A stretch of DNA of 64,000 bases from Chrysomallon squamiferum (GCA_012295275.1 CM022673.1:26288001-26352000), one strand, 5' to 3'. Positions 1 through 15,125 are shown, numbered from the stretch's first letter. Notes: generated from the sequence alone by a model not told the origin. Made by a program: numbers and translations.

Positions 1-44
1 TGGGAAGACACCTTCCAGTTATTTGTTAGCCCAGTTTATTAAAT

Positions 45-200
45 TATCCGTTGGTGTTTGTTATGCTGTTTATGGGAAGGTTTATATAAATGGCGCGATT
101 CTGCTAATCTGTAAGAGAAGTCTTGTGGAGCCGCAGCAGACGATTTCCTGTTTCATACCGTCTCCATTTTTAACTAAAATGAAATATTATTAAATAACTG
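45..200 (+). mobile_element. Degenerate SINE central-domain remnant (mollusc MESC/Meta-core-like)
   Basis: GGTGTTTGTTATGCTGTTTATGGGAAGGTTTATATAAA...TGCTAATC...AAGAG...GCAGCAGACGATTTCCT resembles, from memory only, the conserved core of molluscan SINEs. Not verified by alignment. Confidence 0.4.
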
Positions 201-875
201 TTCAAACGAATATGATGCATTTCATCATTTATCTTTCTCTGTCGGTTTAAAGACAAGATTAGCTGTGTATTTTTTTTTTTTTTTTTTTTGTTTAGCATTA
301 CATCAAGTTTACTAAAAGAAAGACATAGCTAATCCTGACTTGTAAATATTGCCATGTTATTTACCAAAACGAAAAACCACAAAAATTAACTTCATTTTTT
401 ATTTTTATTTAATTTATTTTTATTTTTTCATAAAAGAAAGAAAATGGTCTGTAAGATATAAACATATATATAGATATAAAATACAAAATTTTTTTTTTTT
501 GAAAATCATTAAAAAAAATGTAATGAAATAAAAAAATATATAAAATAAATAAAAAAATAAAAAAATATATTTTTCTTAAACGAGCAGCATCGAGTACTTT
601 CTTTGAAAATTTGCACACAGAATCCTGCTCGTTCATGAAAGGACTAAAACGCTCGTGTTATTTCTGGAACAACACACCACACGAAGACATTTCCGTTACT
701 GCCATTAAAAGACGGTATCAAAAGAAACACACTGCGACTGTGTAATCTAATCTCGGAAGAAATACAGAAAGGATTTCTGTTTGAAAAAATAGACATTTAC
801 AAAATTAAAATATTTTGTTTCACTTCTCTTTTTCTACGTGAACAACAAATATAATAGCAGTGCCTAACGTCTGGG

Positions 876-908
<33 letters not shown>

Positions 909-2118
909 TTTTAAAAATATTTTATTTAAAAGCAGTTCGCAGACATAAGAAGTGCATAGACTCCGGTGTAGATGAAATAAAAAAAAAAAAAAAAATGAAA
1001 ATTATATTCAGTCAATGAACGACAAAAAGAAATATTTTGAGACAAACCTTGCTGTCACGGGCAACTGTTTTATAAAGACAACCTGTCTATAAAAACGCCT
1101 TTAGATTACCACGCAGTGCATGTTTATAATAATCGCTTTCGCCTGTTTTGAATGTTTATCATCATAGAAAGTGCCAAACCAAACACTGGAGTTTCATGTG
1201 TTTAACAGAATCAGCAACATGCACAATACTTACACATAAAACGTGAGTGCGTGTGTGTGTGTGTGTGTGTGTGTTTAAGGCATTTATATAATATGTTTAA
1301 GTTCATACTGAAAATGATATCAATCTATTGTATGTATGTGTGTATGTAAGACATATATAATATGTGTTAGTGAATTCTGAAAACGATATCAATCTATTGA
1401 ATGTATGTGTGTTTGTCTGTGTACATACATGTGTGTGTGTGTGTGTGTGTGTTATTTTCTACTGAAATGTTTACTGAAACACCCTGCGTTTGACTTCTCC
1501 GCAGATAATTAAAAGATATCTACACGACAGGATCGCGGGCAATGTCTTTTCTTTCGTTTAGATGAAATAGAAATAATTTGTAGTCATAATTAAAAACATA
1601 TTTGTGACCGAGCCCGGGGCGCCCGTACGAGGAAATAATAAGAGCTAATAAAGGTGGGGTTAACTACCGGATAATTACTTCAAATGCCCCAGGACAGCGG
1701 CACAAACCAAACCCCCCAAACGTCTGTTCGAATCTGCGACCCTCACTTTAGGATCGATCGATTTAGTCGTCGTTTCTTTGGCTTGTTTTTCTTTTCGGCC
1801 ATATTTACACTTTTATTCGCGTTTATATAAATACATAAATGCATATATTTAAGCAGATACGCACACACACGTACGTACATACATACATACATATATACAC
1901 ACTCACGTACATATATACATACATGAACACAAACATACATATAGACACATACATTCATACATATATGCATACACATTCGTATACATACATTTATGGGAAG
2001 CTCAAAGTTTCCTCAAAAACTGAAGCATGAATAAAAATATAAATATACAGAAAGTGCTACGATGGGAAATACATATATATTATTAATGCGATGTATTGAC
2101 ATTACAATTTCTAATCTG

Positions 2119-2173
<55 letters not shown>

Positions 2174-2592
2174 GTGTCATTCTTTAACAATATGAAACAA
2201 CAAATATGTGATTGTTATTTACGTGTACTTCGTCTGTTTTTTCAATAGAATGAAAACGTTTCTTTTGCAAACACGATTGCTTTTTTCAATAATTCACCAC
2301 AGTGTATAAACTTAATTAATTAATGAATTTATTTATTTGTTTGTTTCTTTGATTGTTTGTTTATTTATTTATTTATTTATTTATTAATTAATTTATTTAT
2401 TTATTTTCAGTATTAATTTTTGTACGTTATTTCGTACATGGAATGTAAAACAAATCCTGAAAGACTGAAGAAATGCTGACTTTGTAATCATGCATTCACA
2501 GTTTTTCAGGTTGAGTATCCGAGAAAGGAAAGAAGTAAAGAATTAAGGATAATAACACCTGAAATGCGAATTGTTTCCTCATTCTTTCGTTT

Positions 2593-2718
<126 letters not shown>

Positions 2719-3207
2719 ACTTACATTTTTTTACTTCATTTGTTTTTTTTCAACCTCTAGTATCTTGGTACTGACATTTTCAATTCATCACAGTGAAATA
2801 CATTACATTCTTTATTATGCTTTATATTTAAACTCTCTGCTTCCATCAAAAATTAATAATAATCTGCTGTTTTAATCTTGCTACAGAGTTTTTAGATCTC
2901 AACATTCGTAACATTCGTATATCAGAAAACACTCAGTGACTCAGTAATCTGCGTTCTCTTTGAAGTGAAAGCAAATTAAGAACCAAAAAAAAATTATTCT
3001 CACTGTCTGTTTTATGTCTTTGTCGTTAGGATAATAAGTGTAAAAATGGTGTCAGTTAGCAAGTCAGATGAATATAATACACAGCGTGGTATCTCATTTA
3101 AGTCACATTTATCATTTACTTTGAAGAATTATTAATATAAAGAATGACATTAGCACATATCACATACTTAGGTAATATTTCAGTCTTTCATCAACGTTAA
3201 TATTTAG

Positions 3208-3244
<37 letters not shown>

Positions 3245-4329
3245 CACATAGACAATCATATACTTACATGCATACATCCATCCATACGTACACATATATA
3301 CATACATATTTACAGACAGACATACATACATACATACATATATACATACATACATACAGACGTACATACATACTTACATACATTCATACGTACACATACA
3401 TACATAAATACGTACGTACGTACATACATACATATGCATACATACATACATACATACTGTGAAAATGAATAATCAAGAACATCATTTTCTACAATAATTC
3501 AATGGACGATTTTATTTTTTTTTAGTTTTGATTTTTATCTTTCATTTAATTAAGTTTAAAATATTCTGGTTTCATAGACTGTTTCAGTAACTGCCACAGT
3601 TTAAAATATAATGATTAAAATATTGGCTCGATTGAGTTTTAAAATGACCGACCTTGACCATCGAGAATCACAGATCTGTGTCACCATTTAAAAACAATTA
3701 TACTTCTGTCCTTTACAGCGTGATGCTCGAACACAAGAAATAGTAGGTAAAATATGCTGCTGCATGTTTCAAATCATTATTGATTCGGTTGCTGTGAGTG
3801 ATATGTTTTGTACGAAGTGACGAAAATAGTATTAAAAAAGTGACAGTCATTACACGAAAATGGCTGCTAAAAAGCCACATGAATGGGAATACAGGTAAGA
3901 TTTCGAACAATTGTTGTAGGTGTAAGATATCTGTTATGAATTATTACCATGAAATACAGGTTTCTAAGTCCAGAATGTAACATGTTATAAAAGATATCTA
4001 TTCAAAACTATTAGCGAGAGAAGGCTGCATATTTGGATAAGATTTACTCACGTAAGCAGTAAGAATATTAAATTATATCTGGTCAGTTTAGCATCATATT
4101 TCGATTTTTCTCTTTACTGCAATACTAATCATGCTTTTATACAGTACCGTGCCATGAATTAATTAAAACTGATTTATTTATTTAATTTTAATCTAGTACC
4201 TGTTGTCAAATGATCTTCTGTTGTGAGTATTAACTTATTAAATCTTAGCGCGATAGTATATTTATAGTATAGTAATTACTTCATAACTATTTGTGATCGC
4301 TATGAATGTCGTATTATTTAATACGAATG

Positions 4330-4785
4330 TCGTATTATTTAATGTAGAATAATGCTTATGATAATCAAAGATACCATGGCTACCAATTAATGTAATAATG
4401 TTGATGGTAACCATACTGGCCATGGTTACAAATTAATATAGAATAATAATGATGATATCAAAGATATCACCATGGTTACTTGTTAGTGTAATAATCATGA
4501 TGATTATAGTCATAGACATGGCTAGAAGTTAATATAGAATAATAATAAGAACAAACATAGATGCCATGGTTACTAGTTAATGTAATGCTAATGATAATCA
4601 TAGACACAGACATGGTTACAAGTTAATATAGAATAATAATAATGACAATCATAGAACCTTGGTTACAAGTTAATGTAATAAAAATAGTCATCATAGTCAT
4701 AGAAATAATGGTTATAAGTTAATACAGAATAATAATGATGACAATCATAGACGCCTTGGTTACCAGTTAATGTAATAATACTGAA
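4330..4785. repeat. Degenerate ~46-50 bp tandem repeat with alternating A/B units
   Basis: About 9 copies of CATGGTTACAAGTTAAT followed alternately by GTAATAAT... and ATAGAATAATAAT...CATAGA. Confidence 0.85.
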
Positions 4786-5364
4786 TAGAAGTTAGCATGT
4801 GTTACATTTACACAAAGATAATAAAAGTTTACTTAATACGATAGTCTTCAAAACAGCTCCTGTATTCCACTATTTAATGTTATTGTTGCAGCTCGTATGT
4901 TTTCGTTTGTCTTCTTGTTTATATATACATTAATATTAAATGAGTTGATGTTAAACCTGTATGGATTTGAAATATTTTGGGTTGTATGGTTTGAAATTTC
5001 ACCTCCCTCTGTGGGCTCACCATTTCGTAAACATCTTTTCCCAGAAGAGATACAATTACCATCGTTCTGTGATACTCTGATACGGATTTCAAAAAGTGAG
5101 TGCGAAATGCCAAGCTTAACGAAAAAGATATTATTAAAACTGGAAGAGCCAAATGCGTAGCTTAGACTGAAAAGATGATATTAAATCTAACGTCCTTTGA
5201 CGCCGACCAATAATTCAGAAAAGCTTTAAGACTTGGAAATGTGTTTTGTAGTGGGAGTTTGATCATGGTGATGTATTTCGCATCATGTTACAAGTTCGAA
5301 ACTGCTTTATTTGAGAAGAATTATTACTTTATATTATGTTCATCATCAGTTTAAATTACAATCA

Positions 5365-7147
5365 GTCTCTCTCTCTACAGATGTCTGTCTCTCTCTCTCC
5401 ACAGATGTATGTCTCGCTCTCTCTACAGATGTATGTCTCTCTCTCCACAGATGTATGTCTCTCTCCACAGATGTCTGTCTCTCTCTCCACAGATGTCTGT
5501 CTCTCTCCACAGATGTCTGTCTCTCTCTCCGCAGATATCTGTCTCTTTCTCCACAGATGTCTGTCTCTCTCTCAACAGATGTATGTCTCTCTCTCCACAG
5601 ATGTCTGTCTCTTTCTCCACAGAAGTCTCTATCTCCACATAAGTCTGTCTCTCTCTCTCCACAGATGTACGTCTCTCTCTCCACAGATGTCTCTCTCTCT
5701 CTCCACAGATGTCTCTCTCTCTCTCCACAGATGTCTGTCTCTCTCCACAGATGTCTGTCTCTATCTCCACAGATGTCTGTCTCTCTCTCTCCACAGATGT
5801 CTGTCTCTCTCTCCACAGATGTCTCTCTCGCTCTCTCCACAGATGCCTGTCTCTCTCTCCACAGATGTCTGTCTCTCTCTCTCACCACAGATGTCTTTCT
5901 CTCTCTCCACAGATGTCTGTCTCTCTCTCCTCAGATGTCTCTCTCTCTTCAGATGTCTCTCTCTCCACAGATGTCTGTCTCTCTCCTACACAGATGTCTG
6001 TCTCTCTCTCCACAGATGTCTGTCTCTCTCTCCACAGATGTCTGTCTCTCTCTCCACAGATGTCTGTCTCTCTCTCTCCACAGATGTCTCTCTCGCTCTC
6101 TCCACACCTGCCTGTCTCTCTCTCTCCACAGATGTCTGTCTCTCTCACCACAGATGTCTGTCTCTCTCTCTCCACACAGATGTCTGTCTCTCTCTCCACA
6201 GATGTCTGTCTCTCTCTCCACAGATGTCTGTCTCTCTCTCTCCACAGAAGTCTCTCTCCACAGATGTCTCTCTCTCCACAGAAGTCTGTCTCTCTCTCCA
6301 CATATGTCTGTCTCTCTCTCCACAGAAGTCTCTCTCCACAGATGTCTCTCTCTCCACAGAAGTCTGTCTCTCTCTCCACAGATGTCTGTCTCTCTCTCCA
6401 CAGATGTCTGTCTCTATCTCCACAGATGTCTGTCTCTCTCTCCACAGATGTCTCTCTCTCTCTCCACAGATGTCTGTCTCTCTCACAGATGTCTGTCTCT
6501 ATCTCCACAGAAGTCTGTCTCTCTCTCTCCACATATGTCTGTCTCTCTCTCTCCACAGATGTCTGTCTCTCTCCACAGATGTCTGTCTCTTTCTCTCCAC
6601 AGATGTCTGTCTCTCTCTCTACAGATGTCTTTCTCTCTCACCACAGATGTCTTTCTTTCTCTCCACAGATGTCTGTCTCTCTCTCCACAGATGTCTGTCT
6701 CTCTCCACAGATGTCTGTCTCTCTCTCTCCACAGATGTCTCTCTCTCTCTCCACAGATGTCTGTCTCTCTCACCACAGATGTCTTTCTCTCTCTCCACAG
6801 ATGTCTGTCTGTCTCTCCACAGATGTCTGTCTCTCTCTCCACAGATGTCTTTCTCTCTCTCCACAGATGTCTGTCTCTCTCTCTCCACAGATGTCTGTCT
6901 CTCTCCACAGATATCTGTCTCTCTCTCTCCATAGATGTCTTTCTCTCTCTCCACAGATGTCTGTCTCTCTCTCTCTCTCCATAGATGTCTGTTTCTCTCT
7001 CTCTCTTTACAGATGTCTGTCTCTCTCTCTCTCTCCATAGATGTCTGTCTTTCTGTTCACAGATGTCTCTCTCTCCTCGGATGTCTTTCTCTCCACAGAT
7101 CTGTCTGTCTCTCTGTCTCTCTCCACAGATGTCTGTCTCTGTCTCTC

Positions 7148-7229
<82 letters not shown>

Positions 7230-7230
7230 C
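5365..7230. repeat. Minisatellite array, unit approx. CCACAGATGTCTGT(CT)n (~18-26 bp), ending in a pure (CT)n tract
   Basis: Dozens of directly visible tandem copies with variable CT number; accounts for all ORFs in 5311-7387. Confidence 0.97.
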
Positions 7231-7789
7231 AGTGTCTTTGACTCTGTTTAATTTTATGACTTATCTGATTATTTCTTTCACTTTCTGTCTGTCCATCTAT
7301 TCATCTTTCAAATTTTTTTATATATTGTTTTTGCCTTATTTTAAACTATCTTCTTCGTTGTTAGGTGATTTTTTTTCTGTCTATTAAAAGAGTTTCATTA
7401 TTATTTTATCCTTCTACACATATGGCTACAATTATAACGAAATCATCTACATGATATGAAAATAAATCGGCGTGGTATTTCATAGACTGAATCATTTAAA
7501 TGTTTTCATCTTACAACGTTATTATCTAAGGGAAATAACTCAGTATCCACGTACTTGTCAACAGTTATCTTTCGCATTACAATAAAATCACACATATATA
7601 AAATTCCTACATTTGCCAGGAATGCAGTGAATGCAGTAAGTTTACTGAATGTCTGATAAATTCAGATATTACGCACTAAAACGCTATTATCTAAAATACA
7701 TTTAGCGATCGTCGCATTTAAACGTAAAGAAAAGCGTTAGGAATTTACGTTTCAGTCATATGATTATAGAAATAAACATGTAAATAATA

Positions 7790-7820
<31 letters not shown>

Positions 7821-7954
7821 TTTCAGAGTATTTTTTTTTTTACATATCAATGACTGTCAGATTCTGTGATAAAAGTTTTCATTTTTTATGGGAATTTGCT
7901 TACGGAAGATCTTTAGTAATCAGGGGATTCGATTTTTCCAGTTACAGACAGTGC

Positions 7955-8226
7955 ATATATACATACATACACACATACATACATACATACATACATACAT
8001 ACGTACGTACATACCTACATACATATAGACATACATACAGACAGACAGACAGACAGACAGACATACATACATGTATAAATATATACATAAATACATACAG
8101 ACAGACAGACAGATACATACATACATACATAGACACATACACATACATACATACATACATACATACATACATACATACATACACACATACATACATATAT
8201 ACATATATACACACATATGCATACAT

Positions 8227-8259
<33 letters not shown>

Positions 8260-8315
8260 TACTTACATACATATATACATACATACACAGAGACAGACAG
8301 ACATCCATACATACA
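7955..8315. repeat. Compound (TACA)n/(GACA)n microsatellite
   Basis: Directly visible; similar tracts at ~1840-1990, 3210-3460, 12500-13000, 19432-19536, 25810-26060 and 57915-58095. Confidence 0.93.
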
Positions 8316-9003
8316 TTAGTACTCACGTAAAGCGGTTATTATTATTAAAATTCTCTGAGTGATTTTAAACATAATTTCACTGATATAGTTTTTAAATAAA
8401 AAAAAAAAAAAAAAAAAAAACCATCTTAATTAAGATGGTGTTGGTTAATATTACTGTACTTTTAGCAGCCTCAGAAAACAGACAGTCGTGTTCATTAATT
8501 TATAACACCATTACGAAATTCACATCTGGTCACGTCGACATAACGAACACCACGCAATCTGCAACGTCACTTTTACGTGGTATGGGAGATTACTGAGAAA
8601 TCCCAGTGGTTGAAACAGGGACAAATTTAGTAAGAAAAATAAATAACAATAATAACAGTAATCTTAACTGATAAAGAAATATCTGTAAAAATACAACGTT
8701 AAATTGTTTACTGAAAAATATTTTGATATAAAAAGTCTAAACTATGTAAAATGGTTCATATGTATTAAATAAAAAAGTATATATATATATATATGCTGTG
8801 TATGTTTTGCTAGAATAAAGCGGATGATATGTTAGATGTTATATGTAAAATATTGTATGCATATGGTTATCCATATTAATTATACTTAAGTTTGTGTGGG
8901 TGGGGTGGGTGTGGGTGTGGGTGTGGGTGTGTATGTGAATTTAAATATGTATGTATGTATGTATCTATGTTTATATGGATGTGTGTGTGTGAATGTCAGT
9001 ATG

Positions 9004-9061
<58 letters not shown>

Positions 9062-9127
9062 AAGTTATGTATGTATGTATGTACGTACGTATGTATGTAT
9101 ATATATATATATATTTGTGTGTGTGTC

Positions 9128-9165
<38 letters not shown>

Positions 9166-11029
9166 ATAACGTATGTATCTATATTTGTACGGATCTGTCT
9201 GTATCATTTATTATTGTTTTTACAAAATTTGACATAACATTTGTCGCTAACAAGGAGATGTGATAATTTAATATCTAAGGACACGTGTAATTTTTAGACC
9301 CACACAACAACTGCAGTATTGGGCCAAACAGAAAAAAAACACACACACAGACATACACACTGTTATAGCGCAGGGCAAACCCAGCAACTTCGGCCTGATA
9401 ATCACTGCTAAGTTTTTCCATTAGAAATCCATTAGAAAGGATAAATAAACATGTCTTAATTAATAATTATAATAATTGCCGGCCCGCGTCTGTCATCTCG
9501 TAAATTAGTGATGAGAAGTGATGGTCAGGAGTCGTTAGTTTATCAGCGATAACAAGCAGTGAGCGAAAACACGTGATTTTATAAACAAATAACGGACGTC
9601 CGTCCTGCTGATCGCTTTAAGTACGTCGGTGGTGGTGTTTTATGAAGTGAAATACTGTCATTCACCGTCACTGATACGTTGTTTATTGATCTGTTCCGCA
9701 TTCAGGAGAAACTCGGGACTGAATCAGCGTATCCATTACGACTGCCGCCATCCTTTTAAGGATCAAAAAACAAAAAAAAGTATAAGAACGGAGAACGAAG
9801 ATAAAGGGTTTTTTTTTTTTTTTTTTTTTTACATTAAGAACAATACTCTTGTTCAAAATGGAGAAACGAGCGAAGGATATAAAGTGGACGAAAGGAAAAA
9901 TTAAAATGTTAGAAATTATTAAAGAAAGAAATCACGGCAGGTTTTGAGGAACATGAAGTCAAACTGCACTTCTTTTAATAAAAACAGATCTACCCCAGCA
10001 AATCAAAAAAAAAAAACCTTCACTAGCTTTATCTCGCCTGCCCCGGAAGATGGACTTCATCGTCTACAAAATTTGGCATGCTGGACAAGAGTTGAAGCGT
10101 ATCTCAAAGCTATCTGAAAAGACACGTTCCTACATACGTGTAAAGCCTTTGCGCATGTGCAATAATTATAAGACGTAAACGAAAAAAAGTATAAAAGTTT
10201 AGCTTTGTACGTTTCTTTGGAATGCACCTTAGATTTGACGAGCTTTCACGCCACAACAAAGCTGAATACAAATTTTATCACATGGTTCATGTCAAAGACA
10301 AAACGATAGTCTAAGTTCTGAACGCTCAAGCCAAACAATGCTGATACTTTACTATGTTATTACCGAGCAGACGAGTACCCACCCTCTAGGAAACTATTTC
10401 GTATGCTACTTTCTATATTTAAATCTTGCTAATCGTTACGGTTATCCTTTGCATTTTGATTTAATTATATTGCAAGTAAATTATTTTATTTCTAATTCGT
10501 TTTTAATCTTTTAAGTGAAATTTGAATTTGCCAGAAGAAATATGTTCAAATAATTGAAATATTACTAACTGGTTAACAAATATTTGTTACGCTTACTGAC
10601 AATCAGTCTGCTGAGAAATTTTGCCATCGTAGATTTCCATAGCAACACGTAAACGCGTACTAGATACATCATTTACATAACTTTATTTTATCATTTTAAC
10701 TAAAATAATTGTTGTTACTGAAGAGGTGTAACGTTAACAAACTAGATATTCAATTTATGGTTTTATTCATAACTGTCAAAAGATCTGTCGCATATCAGAC
10801 ATCGCTAAACCGTCACGATTTCAGGACATACTGAAATAAAATTGTCTAATTAACGGAGAATAGTTTCCCAAACAAGACCACTGCAACGAAATGAAACACA
10901 AACCTGTACAGTCTGCTAGCTTCGCTCGTGTAAATATGAGCTTACAATTATGTGTTCTTATAATTGATGTTTGGAGAAAGATTTGCAATAATTCAGAAGA
11001 AGACAGACAATATGTTGAGTGACATACAA

Positions 11030-11291
11030 AGAGAAAGACGGATAGACAGACAGAGACAAACACAGACAGATAGACGGATGGATAGATTGACAGAGAGATA
11101 AGTAAACTGTTAGATGACAGGATGGACAGATGACAGGTGGACGAATATTTGAACGGATAGACGGACTGACGGACAGGTGGATAGACAGATGTACGGACGG
11201 ATAGATAGATGAAGAGATAAAGAGATACAGACAGACAGACAGAAAAACAGAGAAGAGGCAAACAGACAGATAGAGAGGCAGGCACACACCT

Positions 11292-11326
<35 letters not shown>

Positions 11327-11481
11327 CAGACAGAGACAGACGGACGGACGGACAGACAGACAGACAGATAGATAGATAGATAGGTAAGTAGGTAGACAGA
11401 CAGACAGATAGACAGATAGATAGTTAGATGGACAGATACATAGATAGATAGACAGACAGACAGAGAGACGGACAGACAGAC

Positions 11482-11527
<46 letters not shown>

Positions 11528-11825
11528 GAGGAGGTAGATAGGTAAGTAGGTAGACAGACAGACAGACAGATAGATAGATATATGGATGGATGGATGGATG
11601 GATGGATGGATGGATGGATGGACGGACAGACAGATAGATAGATAGATAGATAGATAGATAGGTAGATAGATAGATAGACGGATAGAGGTAGGTAGGTAGG
11701 TAGGTAGGTAGATAGATAGATAAAGAAAGAATAAATAAAAGAATGACAGAAAGAAAGAAATCGGGGAAAGGAAGTGAGAAAGAAAGAGGGAGTAATGATT
11801 AGAAAGAAAAGCAATAGCAAGACAC

Positions 11826-11917
<92 letters not shown>
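11030..11917. repeat. Compound GATA/GACA/GGAT/GGTA tetranucleotide microsatellite followed by (GA)n
   Basis: Directly visible. Confidence 0.95.
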
Positions 11918-11920
<3 letters not shown>

Positions 11921-13120
11921 CAGGTCCTTATACATCATAATTACTTCCGATATTAATATCGATAACATTCGTATCAAACTCGCATTTCGGAGCAGCATTC
12001 TTCCAATTATTCTTTGATAAAAGCTTTCTAATTTGAGTACTGTATGTAATAAATTGTGTGCCCTGAAGATCACTGGTCGTGTTATGAACAATGCGTGGTG
12101 GACTTCCCTGGGCGTGTTATTGATTATGAGTTGTTCATTTAGAAGTTAATAAGAAATGACTACCTTTATTTCGTTCTGCGAGCAACTAAGACACTGCTAG
12201 TAGGAGAATCAACAGTATAACAGCTAGTGGTGACCTGAACTGCTGTAATGTAGAAATAACTCTCAGCAGCTGTGACAGTTTAAAATCATGAAATGTGACG
12301 CATTGTTAACCTACAGCAGAGTATAATTAATGTCTGTTCGTTGGATCTACCGTATGAATGCATATATGTAACTTCTTTTTTCCTTTGGTTTTTTGTTGGG
12401 TTTTGGGGGGTTTTTTTTAGATGGTTTATTTTTATATGTATTCTAGTGAATGGTAAATGATCAGCAGAATTTAAGAAAAGTGTTTCAAGTACTTTCAAGC
12501 ACATACATCGACACATATACTTAAACACACACAAACACATACATAGCATGCAAATGCATGGATACACAAATCCTTACATACATACAAACATTCATATACA
12601 TGCATGCACACACATACATATACACATACATAAACACATACAAACATTCATATACATGCATGCACACATATACACATACATAAACACATACTCACACACA
12701 CATACACATACACACACACAGACACAAACACACAAACACACACACACACATATATTTATACAACAACAAAAACAAAAAGTTGGCTTGAGGTCTCTGTGGA
12801 ATGACTTCGACATTTGTGAGGTCTTCATTCTCCTGTAACACTGCGGATCATAATCAGATGTAACATAAAACAGAGAATATTCATACTTAAATACATATGT
12901 ACGTATACACACGCATACTCACACACACATTCACATTCACACACACACACACACACAAACACACACACTCACACATTCAAACACACAAACACAAACACAC
13001 ACAAACAAACAGAAGCACATACGCTTAGGAACGTACGCTTGCACTCTTTATTGCACCACATAACAAAAGCTGTAAAACGCAGACTGTTGATTACCACTTG
13101 AAAATACAGTGCCACTGAAA

Positions 13121-13167
<47 letters not shown>

Positions 13168-14839
13168 CCGATTTTGCAAAGCGTCTCCAGCAATGAAACA
13201 CGTTTGATGTTAACCCCGGCTCGGTGAAACTGTCAGCAATGAACTCTTTGTCAGATGATGTACAGGGCTGCGTTTAGAAAATAATGAAACAACAGCTTAG
13301 GGTTCCCAAGGGACAAAAGGAAATCTTTAACATGGTCATACAGGAAAATGAGCCGAATATCGTATAATTGCCAATCCCGAATGAAGTGGAAAAATAGCAA
13401 ATCAAATTCGATTTCAAAAGGTGACGTTGTTCTGAATACCGAAGTGCGCTCTGTAAGCAGACGACAAGAGCCAAGATGTCAGACAAAGTTACAAGTTTTT
13501 TTTTTTTTTTTCTTTTTTATTGAAGAAGAATTAATTAGGAAAAAGGAAAAAAAAATAAAATAATAATAAAATAAATAAATAAAGAAAAAAATAATGATAA
13601 CTGTCTTAGCTTTATTCCGATAGATATTTCACGACAGGAATTTACGTTTGTCGACCGAACGAATCTTTGACGCTTCGTCATATTTTTGTGCTAACGGTTA
13701 TTACGTGTCAAGCATGTTGGGTTTTCAGTAATAAATACCGTATCAGAGAAAACTCGATGCCAGTATTCTAATGGCTGCTGTTATCGAAAGCCACGAGGGA
13801 ACTTAATTTTCACCTTTCCGCATAAACCCGACGTGGTGGGGGGGGTGGTTCTCGCTGAAAAGGGGAAATAACTCAATGAGAAGAACTGAGCCCGAGGAAA
13901 ACGTGCAGTTTTTTTTTTTTTTTTTTTTTTTCGTTGTTATTTTTTCACTGAAGTGAAGTTCATCTGACTTATTGAAAGTTAAAGTCCTCGTTATAGCAAT
14001 TCAGTTAACTTCTCTTTTTTCATTTTTCCTTTTTTTTTTCTTTTTTCTTATACACTTAGCATTTAAAGCAGATTCAACATTCCATTTATTAAACCACTAA
14101 CCGTTTTTATCGCGATAATTGTATTAAATTTCTGCAAGATGAAGATAATAGATCTTAATGAACGCAAAAGAAAAACATTCACACAAAAAAAAATTAAAAA
14201 ATAAAAACGAGAGAGATTAATAAAATTTCAAAAAAAAAAAAATTAAAAAATTAAAAATAAAAAAGGTTTCACCCCAAAAAATGCATAACTTTCCAAAAAT
14301 AAAAATTAAAAATTAAAATTAAAAAAAATTAAATAAATTTAAAATATTTTTTTAAAAATCCATGAAAAAAAGAAAAATCAATAGTTACATAAAAACAATC
14401 TTGTCAAAATCAATAATTACACCAAATTTCATCTTTACCTGTCATCTAACCACAGAAGCTTGAACACGTAAAACGACAAAAGACTTTGTCAAGTGATTCT
14501 TCAAAGAAATCAGCAATTTTCGAGTGCCATTATCTGGAACAAAAGCCCGTGTCAAAGATTTCATGAAAGAATTACAACGTAAGTCTCTGGTTTCGCCCAC
14601 TTATTTTTCTACATGACATAATTAAGCAACAAACTAAATAATGAAGTATCATCGAACCCTCTCTTCGAACTTCTGTCATCAATCAAAAGTTTTCCTTCAC
14701 GACAAAAAAAAAAAATTCTGGAAACGTGATTACAACTTCTAAATTTATAACAGAATTAAATATACTAGGAATACTGATCGTTCCACTTTGATAATTATTT
14801 TTTTTTTAAAAATCAAAAATCAGAAGTCAAAAATAATAG

Positions 14840-14842
<3 letters not shown>

Positions 14843-14934
<92 letters not shown>

Positions 14935-15073
14935 AATTTTTAAATTATTATTAATATTAATTATTAATTTTTTATTATTATTAATTATTATTATTATTGA
15001 TATTGATATTATTATTATTATTTCTGATATTATTATTAATTATTAATTATTATTATTATTGTTGATATTATTA

Positions 15074-15113
<40 letters not shown>

Positions 15114-15125
15114 TATTATTATTAT
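14843..15125. repeat. (AAT)n directly abutting (ATT)n, forming a palindrome, then degenerate ATT repeats
   Basis: The run switches strand at AATATT near 14880-14885. Confidence 0.93.

Noticed and set aside
1308-1412. Short ~70 bp-period duplication (CTGAAAAYGATATCAATCTATTG)
   Set aside because: Ordinary local duplication next to GT repeats, with no functional signal.
5365-7150. CRISPR-like repeat array
   Set aside because: The linkers are only variable (CT)n, not unique spacers; the context is eukaryotic with no cas genes.
5311-7387. Long ORFs (up to 557 aa) on both strands
   Set aside because: They are translations of a nearly stop-free minisatellite open in multiple frames, with no splice or codon evidence.
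10821-12091. 377, 236 and 154 aa minus-strand ORFs
   Set aside because: Tetranucleotide and dinucleotide microsatellite translations.
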